Shown here: one piece after another, positions 35,840-46,811 of the stretch
Layout of the letters: each line of letters begins with the position of its first letter
How positions within the stretch are numbered: position 1 is the stretch's first letter
Assembly (NCBI GenBank): GCA_040954595.2
Contig: CM082578.2
Span: 339,740 to 403,739, forward strand
DNA: 64,000 nucleotides
Origin: Balanoglossus misakiensis
Lineage: Eukaryota; Animalia; Hemichordata
Direction of reading: 5' to 3'
The notes under the pieces: model-generated
What the model was told of the DNA's origin: nothing
Seen by the model: only the letters and a program-made list of their open reading frames with translations
The model's database searches: none
Translations under genes and position numbers: made by a program

Positions 35840-38624
35840 TGCGATGCATCGTACGTGTCATGTGAGACACTGTCGGGAGTTTGGACTTGGGTTTGTCGTG
35901 TCGAATTCACCTATGTCAAATTTATAAGCCACAGTCCCTCAAGAAAGACGGTCGGGAATCGCCCATTGTTCGGACGTGCGAATGAGGGGATTAGCTGTAG
36001 GATGCGCATTATGGTCACGTGACCACCTTAGAGTTGCGTTTTTTCCCCTTGGAAGCAAGCGGCAGTCGCCCTACTATCTATGATTTTCCCGATATGTTAG
36101 TTATGTTTGTGGAGGAACTGTGTATAAGCCAACTGACATCATTTTGTAGGTTTATATGATTCCGCTGGCAATTTTCAGGATCTAATACATTTGAATGCAC
36201 CATACGATACGTGACAATTTTATATTGAGTGTGCTCCGAGAAAAGTAACAGCGCAAAAATAGAGGACAGCGCGACATTGCACATTTATACGATATCGGAT
36301 ATTTATCGTCTAGTATCGTCTAAAACATTAAACTAGACTGTACTTTAACAACAACTTTGCCTGCTTCCCGACTATGTCGGACCTCAAAAATATCCGATAG
36401 TATCGATACTATCGATACTAGAGTCTAGTATCGTCTAAAACGTTAAAGTAGACTGCACTTTAACAACAACTTTGCCTGCTTCCCGACTATGTCGGACCTC
36501 AAAAATATCCGATAGTATCGATACTATCGATACTAGAGTCTAGTATCGTCTAAAACGTTAAAGTAGACTGCACTTTAACAACAACTTTGCCTGCTTCCCG
36601 ACTATGTCGGACCTCAAAAATATCCGATAGTATCGATACTATCGATACTAGAGTCTAGTATCGTCTAAAACGTTAAAGTAGACTGTACTTAAACAACAAC
36701 TTTCAATACTAGACGATACGTGGTGTACTGACCTCTTGAGCCGTCAGTGTGGATTTTGTGTTTTTAACGTTTGGCATTTTCAGTCATGTGTATGTGTACA
36801 TTTACCCAATTTAGTTCTACAATATTTACAAAGGTCATTTTCATCTTTTCTCTATAAAGGCACAAACACAGAAGTTGGAGCAGTGCTATCATTCATACAG
36901 CATGAATCAGATCCTCACTACCTCACACAAGATCTGAGTACAATAAATTTTGAGGATCTTGGTAAGAAATATCCCTATTACAATGTATTACTTTCTTTAT
37001 CACAGTGAAACCTCTCCAAGTTCTATGTTTAACCTCGACCATGTGGTGGAGTGATCGTGATTTAATATGTCTTAGCAAACTTAAATATACTTAAATATAC
37101 TTAAACAACAAGCCAACCAACAGGGGAAAACGGGTTGTAACTGGAGAGATACAGACTGAATTTCTTGCTTACAATCCTTTAATCAAAACAATCACTCTTT
37201 ATCTGTCCATTCAGTATTTATCTCTCCTGTTACAAGCAGTTTGTTCCACTCTGGTCAGTTTGATTGCTATCATTGTCATTATGAATTTTGCAATTACTTA
37301 AGCAATAAAACACCCCCAGCCATGGTATACCACGAGATTTTTGACCAGTTCACGACATATACGCACGAGCGATAGCGAGTGCGTATATGGAGTTGAACTG
37401 GTCAAAATCGAGTGGTATACCATGGCTGGGGTGTTTTATTGCTATTATATTATGCCAGTATATTGAAACTTTGCATATAACATTTTAAAAAGGCATTTTC
37501 TTTGACTATGATATATGACTGTGGTATATGGCTAATATATCACGGTCACGTGTCGTGTCTCGACCAATCAAATAGCGTGATTTACACCATCAATATACGG
37601 TATAATATAATAATTATTTAATAATAATGGTGTTAATGATTTTGTATTTGAATACACATAGTCATTTAAATGTGACTAGGACAATTATTATAGTTTAACC
37701 TTTGTTCAGTGGTTGTTTCATGTACTTCTTGTATGGAGAGAGGGATACCTCAGTGTTAAAAAATACCAAATTTTGCTATGTGTCTGTAAAAAGGGGTAAA
37801 AGCCATTATGTAGTCAATAGGTTTTTAATTTTTATGTTTTACCTGTGTTCTGATGACTTAAGTAAAACTATTGAATAATGTCAACCAATACACTTCTATA
37901 TTTCATTTTCTTTTCAGGTTCACATCCCATTCACCCATCACCCCAGCCAGCAACTCCATCAGCCAACAGTTCCATCAACACAAGTGCAGAATTATCACCA
38001 GTGTCTTACACACTACCACAGCAACAGCCAGCAGCACAAATCCAACAGCCAGAATCACCACCAGCAGCACAAATCCAACAGCCAGAATCACCACCAGCAG
38101 CACAAATCCAACAGCCAGAATCACCACCAGCAGCACAAATCCAACAGCCAGAATCACCACCAGCAGCACAAATCCAACAGCCAGAATCACCACCAGCAGC
38201 ACAAATCCAACAGCCAGAATCACCACCAGCAGCACAAACCCAACAACCAGCATCACTACCGCCACGCCGCAGTCAACGGTCAGGAAGGAAGACCAGAAAA
38301 GTTCAAGATGATGAAGAACTGCAACAAGAGCTGGCAACCCTGAAGAAACTCCACCAAATGAAGAAATCAGGGGACCTTCTTGACCTGGTGCTCAGTTGCC
38401 CAATTCCAAAAAAAAAGCGTCGGACAAACCCATTCCATCTAGTGGCCCTAAAAAGACAAAATCCCACTGAGTACAACAGATTATTAACTGCATTTGAAGC
38501 ATCAGAAGTTAGTGTGAATGTGGTTCTCCAGTTCATGCACCAGCACATAAAACAGTTCAAGAACCTGCAAATCGATCATGCAGAACAAGTTTTGGGCTTC
38601 ATTTGTCAAAAACTCAACTTATGA
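34552..38624 (+). CDS. NRF1/EWG/P3A2-like DNA-binding-domain protein, 4 exons (34552-35083, 35387-35587, 36860-36961, 37918-38624), ~513 aa
   Basis: Exon 1 reads VRELLPTLVKCTTNRAQPLWDRPDMKPVWWPAETPYCN..SWVTRMKDVAKSCYQYYG, which parallels NRF1 LRAFIP..YSTGRGKPGWGKESCKPIWWPEDIPWAN..SWTQALRTIVKNCYKQHG. The upstream AAVVATF..FVIHGTQPL parallels NRF1 QAIVLC..FKVFGAAPL. All three introns are GT-AG, phase 1, and the frame stays open to the TGA. Confidence 0.82.
36309..36705 (+). repeat. 115-bp tandem repeat (~3.4 copies) in intron 2 of the NRF1-like gene
   Basis: TCTAGTATCGTCTAAAAC at 36309, 36424, 36539 and 36654. Each full unit has the palindrome CGATAGTATCGATACTATCG. Confidence 0.93.
37301..37612. 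mobile_element. Palindromic MITE-like element in intron 3
   Basis: 37301-37443 is a near-perfect 143-bp hairpin centred on CACGAGCGATAGCGAGTG. A second imperfect inverted pair lies at 37443-37466 / 37590-37612. Confidence 0.75.
38028..38258 (+). repeat. 33-bp coding minisatellite (PAAQIQQPESP x6 plus one degenerate copy)
   Basis: CCAGCAGCACAAATCCAACAGCCAGAATCACCA repeated in frame in the last exon. Confidence 0.95.
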
Positions 38625-40583
38625 GTTGATATTTTCATTGTCTTTTAACTCTTTTTCCCATTCTTGTCTTTCTGTGTTAATTAATGTACATTTCAAAACG
38701 CAGTTATCAATCTGTTGTATTCTGCGGGATTTTGTCTTTTTAGCTGGGAAAATGGGAATTTGGTCAAAACTCGGTAACTTAATTATTGGTCAGATTGCTT
38801 TGCAAAGTGGTGTGTACTTTATTGAGACATCATATAGATTTTTTTGTGGTGATATCATAAAATGACTAATTTTGGTGAATTTTTTATCTTTTTCCCAAAA
38901 TCTTCTTTTACAAAAAAACTTTTCAAATTCATAACAAAAATCATTTGAGGGTGTGTAGAGGTTTTTCATTTTTTTTTTTTTTTGAATCATGGTAAGAATT
39001 CAATAGTATATTTTGGGGTGATTTTTGCCATTTTTGGTCCAAACTCTCAGAACCCTCTACCCCCATTGCTTTTAAATTTGATTTGCAGGTTACCAGGTGT
39101 GTTCTCATAATGATTTACAAAATCTATGATGAAAGTGTCAATATTTTGTGGGGGCAATATCTTGTATTTATGGTGCATACTTTCCAATTTTGATTTGAAA
39201 AAACTATATTTCTCAAAGTGTTGGGCTGATTACAAATGTACTTTAGAATTTAAGTTGTGAGTTAATGGGATGGGGTTCTTTAAAATTGTAATGGAATCAA
39301 ATCGTAGGTATTTCGGAATTTGGCTGTTCTATTTGGTGTATGTACAGTACACGTGCCATTAGCAGCTTATGGGTCAGTGTTTGCCCATTGATCTCTCTCT
39401 ATGTGTGTGTGTGTCTGTCTGTCTATGTACTTCAGTGTAGACTTTTTCTTGATTAATCCCTAAATGGGACCAGTGTCCTTGACGCTGTTTTTGACAGTTA
39501 TCTTTGAGTAGTGATTGTTTTTGACAAATATGAACGGTATATTAAAATAACACTAAAGTCCACCTCGGGTGTGTGGTGTACTTCTTTATTCAATTTTATA
39601 TACATGTGTGCCTGTGTAATGATTTGTGCATTTCTTCTTTATTAACAAGTTTATCGGTGTACGGTAGTTCTCTTTTTTAAGGATGTGGTGGCCCTGAGAA
39701 GGGCCGTTTGGTATGTGTATGCAGAGCATAGTCTCTGAGACGCTAAAAAACTTCCATGAAAACACCTCCGTAGTTGTCCTCTGATGACTGAATTTCTTCT
39801 TTAGTACCCTGCGAACACACCTCCTATACATTCCATCTCCCCATAGATGTATATGGCTGGTCTACATTCTCATTCTGATAACAAAATGGAAATTCGACAC
39901 GTCAGTAACAAATACAATAAACTGTAAAACACCACTTTCTCTTATGCATCTTGTTTTGTTTTGTCAGCACAGCAGCAATGTAAAACCATGCAGCAAGAAT
40001 TTTACTGATACAGATGATAAAGCATCATGTTAAAGTTATCTTTTACCGTTTTCATCAGCACAGTTATAAAATCGCATGATTCCAAGCATCTCATGTCTTT
40101 GGGAATATGGGTCATCTTGTTACCTCGTGTAACACATCATCCATGGATTTGCCCTCTTCATTATGGACAGTTTGTCAGTACTTCTCAAAAACTGAAACAA
40201 AATAACAGACAGACTTTATATGACGGCAGTCATGGGGAGTGACTGTGATGATGGTCTACCGTTCATAAATCTGGAAAAATATAGTTTTTGTTTTCTTGAA
40301 GTGTCTAATGCTGCAGTCACACAATCAACTGAAACAGTCAGAGAATTAATTAATAGTATTCTGTGTAATGTAAGTTGACCACAATGAAAGCAAGAATGGT
40401 CCTAAATCAATATAAATCCAGATGGTTTCAGCTATAACTCATTTGAAAAAATGTCCGAGCTATACAGTTAAAGTGCGGTTTTCAGAACAAACAAAAGACC
40501 TTATACTTTATATCAGTCATTGCTTTCTGTTCAATTAAATAGAAAAATCGGAAAAACAAACTTATCTATTTTAAAACCTTGAA

Positions 40584-43500
40584 CTACAAGTAGTTCAGGT
40601 GACTTTTCTTCTTTTGATTCCAGATTGCAAGGAACAGTCTGACATGGAAGATGAAATTATCTGGGGTCATATAAGATACTTGTGCCTTAATTTTCTGTAA
40701 TGCTGCATTGCTCTGCTCACAGATCTGGGTATTTATGTTGGCCAAACTTCTGTTGTCCTTGTACTGTTGCAGGCTATAACCTGATGAACAACTGATCAGT
40801 AAAATATAAAAGAAGATTCTTCTGTGAAAATTTTAACAGTATAAAACATAAACAATTTTTTTCAGACAAATTGATATCGTTCCTTAGAAAATTGACACAC
40901 ATGCCCTGAATACATTTCAGATACCTGATTAACAGAGCTTATGAGCCAGTCAGAAGTTGTAATTTGAGCAAACCTGTTTATGTCACCAGTCCGGGTTATG
41001 TCTCTGAGTGGAATAATAGAATTGACCAATCGGTGATTGCCATTGTGAAATTTGATTTTATCAGAGCAAAATCCTTTCCCTGTCTCCTACCTCCTAACTG
41101 ACTCCAAATATGATGTGGTTAACTGGTCGTATACTTCTTAGCTGTTCCAGTCAACTAAGCTCTGCAATTGCCAAACATAGATGATTTGAAAAATATTCTT
41201 TTGAGCTTTTTAATCTGATACTCACCCAATGTGGTTTTTCCAATGGAGACGATCCACTAAGAAAACTGTCTTCATGAAATAGTTTGGTTCTCTGAAGAAA
41301 GACAAAAAATCACTTCATTAGTTCTAATCTTTATATTCTTGCTGAAAGGAGTAAGCAACGTCAATTCATCAAATTCTTGATTTTTTTTTTTTTGGGGGGG
41401 GGGGGGTAAAACACAAAATTAACCATATGACAAGCTGACATCTCAATATGAAAAAATTGTAACAAAGTGGCTGCCAGACCACCATCTTGGATCATATCGC
41501 AAAAAAAATTGAGTTAAAGGCAAGGGTGGGCAAGCATAATTGAGCATAAAATAAAGCTTAGCCACCCTTCTCTTAAGTTTAACAGAAGTGTGGTAATCAC
41601 ATTAACATACAAAACAGTATATCAAGGTTGAAATAAGACTTACCGATTTAAACAGTACTGATGCAGCCGACATGCATTGTCATATATGACAATGGCTGGA
41701 GGTTGTCTTAGTCTTGTTGTCATAATGTTGAATGGCACTTCGGGTGACTCCACTTGCCTCATAGCCTGGAAGCCATAGCAGAACCCATGTTGACAGAACA
41801 CAGTGAAAATGCCAGGTGATAACGTAGGGTGTTTGTTGGAGATCTTTTGGCAAGTGTCATCACCATGTGCAAGTCTGTCTTTGTCTTGCCGGTACAGAGG
41901 TTTCCTATTAAATGAAAAGTGAAAGCATGATAACTAAGAGAATGGCAATGGCATGCATAGCACATGGGTACATAAACTTCCATTTTGAATACATATAAAC
42001 ATGTATACAGAAAGGTATGTCTAAGTGGGAAATGAAAATTCACAAAAGTAATGAAAATAATGCAAAAAGTGGCAGCTCTAGAGGCTTAAGACAGACTTCA
42101 ATTAACTTTCAAGTTACAGTGAGATATCCTTACCCATGAAGCTTTGGTAGGCAAGGGAAGCAAGCTACAGGGTCTTCTATTGGATCTGGATATTGCACAG
42201 TACTATCAGGTCCCTGGTTACATACTTTGTATGAGCTCCTCACTCGTAACAACACATCTCTAAGAAGGCGACGCACTTCTCTTGGGATACCATGAGGATT
42301 GTGCCCGAAATGTGACAGCAATTTGAAAATAAGAGGAGCATCTTGCTGTACAATTTCAAGTTCCCCTTGATGTCTGCTGTCAAATATATCGAGTCCGTGT
42401 ATTATTTTCTTGATGACATGTTTAGCCTGTGAATCTGGGGTCAATTGCAGAAGAGCACTTGCAGGCGAGTTTTTTGACAAATCTTGAAGAAATTGGCAGA
42501 ACTCCTTTGGGGCTAGCAGATTTCTTCCGTGTCCACTGACGAGTTGGAGAAATTCCATAAGCGAATGGAGGTGACTGTACTTTCTCATCAAATTAATCAT
42601 CACTGTGTACTCAAGGGGTGTAAGTGGTTTCTCAGCTGGCTTGTTGGTACTACAAAACTGTAATAACAGTTTCCTGACCTTGGCATTTGGTATATACACT
42701 CGGTCACAGTGACGTGTACCAATATCCAAAGGCTGGCCTTGGTCACGTGATGCCCTCTCTGGGTCTGGAAGTTCTTGCAAGAGGCGTTTGTTCAGTCCTA
42801 CACTCGTACCATCACATATCAGAACAGAAGGCTGCAGCTCACATATAGGGCATTGGTATACAGTGCCATAATTTATGTCCAATAGCCTTGCAAATGCATT
42901 CCAGGCATTCCTAAGTTTGTGGTATTTCAAAGAAACAGACTCTGATAACATAGCATGTTTTTCAGAGTAGGCCCTATTTAAGAACAGAAAGAAAGATTAA
43001 TGTCAGGTGATTGCCAGGAGTGAAAGAAAGTTTATAATGTTTATCTGTTGTAACATTTTTATACTGTACCTTCTCTGATAAGAGCCCCCAAATTAATGGG
43101 GGGTGGGGGTGAAAAGAATACAACCTGGTACATCAAGAAATGTGTTTTTGGTGGGCTTCCTAATCACCCTGTAAATTATATCATGGGAAAAATGGCGCTC
43201 TTGAGCATGTGACAGGTCTAAACAATTATCGGACTGGTAAAAGCAACAATGAACTTTTGAAATTTGATGACTGACTATATGGGTAACAGCCTTCCCTAGA
43301 GAATATTTAGACAAAAATTTTGCTTACCACCCCTTCGTTCAAGTATTAATGGGTAATTTCAGTATTGATCTTTCCTTGCTGAGCTACCAAATACATAAGT
43401 TCCCTAGTCAATGATTATATTTTTAGAAATACAAAGTATATGTACTTACCTATGGAAAGATGCCAACGGATTTCTGGACTCTACCATCAAATGAAGGTAG

Positions 43501-45938
43501 GAGAGTAATAAACTGTAGTGAATAATGTCCTTGTTGTTCAGATTAAACATCAAATCTCCATGCCCATCATAATGCAACCTGCACATACATGGACCAACAC
43601 TTGGACGATAGTACACTGCAAGGAAAATAATGACTATGTTAATATAATTACCAATACATGTAGGAGATCATTAGATAAGTGGGATGGAAGTTGCGTGTGG
43701 TCGAACGGTGATTCACTATATAGCCATATGTAGAATAATATTCACGGTGTCTTGTATCAATCAAACATTTTAATGGAAAAATGGCAGTGATCCAATGCAA
43801 CCTTAAACCAATGGTACAGTAAATAAGGTTAACTTACCCTTGATAGTTTGTTCCTCTCCTTCTACATAAACATGCTGAAGTGAATGTGTCTCATAATACA
43901 CAATGGCATCTCCAACAAGCCAATGTTGTTGTACAGGGTCATCAACATCCCATGCATGTCCATGTTGACAGGTAGAATGGGGGCCAGCACTTGGTATCTC
44001 GGGAATTAGATTATGCTGTACAGGCTGTTCTCCACTTTGTTGTTGTTGAAACTTGACCTTCAGAGAGTCATCAAGAGGGTATGAGATTGGCTTAAATGAC
44101 ACGCTTGGGAAAGTACTTTCTTTCAAAGTGCGTTCAGTTTCTTGAATCTCAACCTCATTTTGTCCACACCATATTCGGTATTCTTCAACATGGTCACATG
44201 TGGTTCTACCATATGCGCAGGTCTCACAGCTAAGTTTTTTACCAACATGTTTGTTCCTCAGAGATATTATATGTGTGTCTTCACCTATGGTAACACTAGT
44301 CAGGAACGGATTCAATGACAGGCAATCAACAATGACTGATGTGTCTGCAGAGTTGGGGTCCACTTCAACAGGTACATCAGGAAAAAGTTCACTTGCTGCC
44401 CAGGCATGAAGACAGTATTTATTTTTTTCAGTTGTGATGAACTCATCAAAGTTTTCTGGTATCCCACGCTGAGATGAGGATAATCTGGCTGCTTGGATTA
44501 ACCCATCCTGACATGAACATGTATACAGGAACTCCTGAGACGTACTCTGCACACTGTAAAATCGCAGGTTACGTTTGACAATAACGTGCTGTGATATCAA
44601 CTGCCCAGTCTCAATTTCACAATCTGACAATACATATGTATTGCCAGATGATAGCTCCCACTTTCTGTTCTGGGCTTGTAACTGATGCAGGTATTCTTCC
44701 CTTGCGTTATTGCCAATTGTACCAACTACTGAAGATATTCTGAAGAGAAACAAACAAAACTTGGTCACATATAAACATTTATGTTCACTGATTCCTCTAA
44801 AAAAGTATCTATTGTTTTGAAAGAGCATATCAATAACTAAATAAATTTTCATTGTACTCAACACATATGATACTAATTAAAAAAGCAGATCTGACCTAAC
44901 CATATTTAAACACAGAAATGTAAAAAGAAATTAACAATAGGCCAATAAAGTGTCATGTGTGATGGCAATTTTAGAGAGGCAGTGCTAGAGAAATTGATAT
45001 TTGACTAAAATGATATACAAACCATTACATTACCAGCAGCTAACCTCCCCCCCCCCCCCCCATTTTTATCTCAAGTAATGTACACACAAGGCAGATAAGT
45101 CCCCCATAAACCTGGCTTCCTATCAGGTGTTTGCTGATAACATGCCAAATTTAAAGTAGGGATACATAACCAAAGTAAGCTGTTGTAAAAATCAGTGAAA
45201 TTTCCATATTTGTGTTCTTGGGGCAATTTTGGCCGTTTTTGGTCTTAAATCATTTTTTTCTCTGATTGATTTGAAATTTGGGACTCAATTTTTATAACAC
45301 ATAAATGTTTGTGTACAACTTCTATTAAATCCTGATATCACATTTTTTTGTGCTTTTCTTTGTTAAAAATAAAACTAAAACCCTAGTTAGAAGGCCTAAC
45401 TCCAGTCTATGGTCTCCAGTCTTGGTGATCGAGTGCCAGAGATCAATTCCCCTGCTATGACTGATTACCCTTACAGAGTATTCATTGGCAGGATTTTTTT
45501 GGTTTGAAATAAAATAGTAGTTGCTGAAAACACAGGTCTTCAGGTACTTCCCCCCAGTCGTCCCACAATGCAATGCGGTTTTCAAGATGGCGGTTAATAC
45601 AGTTTTGCCCTGAGAGAGAAGGGAGGACACGATCACCCCGCCGGGATAAATCAATCAAACTATTAAAAGAATTAAATTAATGACACCTATCAACGCCTGT
45701 TGTCCGACATTTAATGAGCGACTTTCGTACCTGAAAAGGGCAAATTAATACCGGCCTTTGTCTCCTTCACGATCACATGATACTGCACGCTATGTGTTAC
45801 AAACAGTGCAACTCTAATATATACTTACTCAAAACGTTGGCGCTTTACGCTTTTAGCGATCTCCTGGTGTGGCCGCTTCTTTCTTCGCACATTCGATGGA
45901 TGGGATTCAAAAAATCGACGACGTTGTTTGCGATCCAT
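40584..45938 (-). CDS. KDZ (HMGXB3/Dileera-like) transposase, 7 exons (45938-45829, 44739-43838, 43615-43450, 42973-42134, 41904-41644, 41291-41226, 40791-40584), ~850 aa
   Basis: Manual splicing: six GT-AG introns with matching phases, 2553 nt open to TAG. Motifs: basic N-terminus (MDRKQRRR..RRKKRP), YTCSC..CLH, CETC..CDH, CMCRLHYDG..MFNLNN, AWNAFARLL..CPIC..LICDGTSVG, PGIFTVFCQHGFCYGF..ESP, VIYDNACRLHQYCLNREP, VDRLHWKNHIGCSSGY, INTQICEQSNA..SYM. Confidence 0.88.
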
Positions 45939-46041
45939 TCTCTATTGAAATGTAATCTATAATAACGAAGTACTGCCAAACTATATGCATGACGTAACGC
46001 TATTTAAACGTTTCATTTCATATCGTTGAGGGCGCCAAGAG

Positions 46042-46127
46042 TCCCGCAGAGTCGAATATATTGCATTGTGCGTGAATTCCCGCAGAGTGCCATTTATTGC
46101 ACTGTGCGTGTCCCGCACTTTGGCCCC
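46042..46127 (-). repeat. Right terminal inverted repeat region with three CCCGCA-initiated subrepeats
   Basis: TCCCGCAGAGTCGAATATATTGCATTGTGCGTG / TCCCGCAGAGTGCCATTTATTGCACTGTGCGTG / TCCCGCACTTTGGCCCC. Confidence 0.78.
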
Positions 46128-46811
46128 TCACTCTTGTCTTTTCGACACCCTTAAATACCTCACCAGTGTAGCCAGGTCTAGATAGAAACATTTGAACGGC
46201 AACAGCTAACAAACTCAGCGTAATTCAATAAAACGCCCTAACACAGCCTGAACTCGGATAATGTGTTATCCCAAAATTCATTCCGTGGAAAATAATCACT
46301 GGTCTGTTTACGTATTTCAGCCGATTTTCCAAGGACTACGGCAACCCGCCAGAAGTGAGTAGCCTGCTAATGAGATCTCCACAACATTACGTAATGACGG
46401 TCAAAGTCCGATGCCCCAGTGTCAGTCCTCAGCCCACCAAAAATGCGAAAAATATTACAAAAATCTTCTTCTCAAAATCGACGTAGCCTAGGACCTTGAA
46501 ATTTGGCACAAGGGATTTTGGCCACATGGTCTACAAAAATCGCGAAAAGAATGTACATTCCCCCATTAACGTGCAAATTAGGTCAATTTGAAAATTTCGC
46601 TCGATTATAGCCACCAAGTCACGTGACTAATTACAAATTCAAAGGGCAGGTGCACTAGTACTCATGGGCCCCAATCATCGTGCCAAACTTCATAGGCGCA
46701 GGTGCCGGAATTTCAGAGAAAAACGGGAGCAAAAAAACGACTCAAGAAGAAAGAAGAAAAACTCCAGCAATAACAGAAGGGGACCAAGCGCCTGAGGGCG
46801 CTTGGTCCCCT
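46128..46811 (-). mobile_element. Hairpin-terminated non-autonomous element (Helentron/HINE-like), partial
   Basis: Perfect 15-bp stem with 4-nt loop at 46778-46811, next to a GAA-rich microsatellite. It abuts an A-run of the satellite and has the same layout as the element at 62753. Confidence 0.6.

Larger units (their letters stand above)
29778..46127 (-). mobile_element. Putative ~16.3-kb KDZ-superfamily DNA transposon with a second (NRF1-like) gene; left terminus probably truncated
   Basis: 24-bp perfect inverted repeat at 29778-29801 / 46042-46065, within reiterated CCCGCAGAGT..TGCA.TGTGCGT motifs. The transposase ATG lies ~105 bp inside the right repeat. The exact right end (~46127) is inferred and no TSD is recoverable. 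Confidence 0.72.

Noticed and set aside
37871-38343. ORFs 37871+, 37984+ and 37975- (Thr/Ser-, His/Gln- and Val/Leu-rich)
   Set aside because: These are alternate frames of the stop-free 33-bp minisatellite; only the 37878 frame fits the splice phase and extends beyond the repeat.
45686-45733. Possible extra transposase exon after a CAG acceptor at 45731
   Set aside because: No good donor in a compatible phase; exon 1 already joins 44739 in frame.
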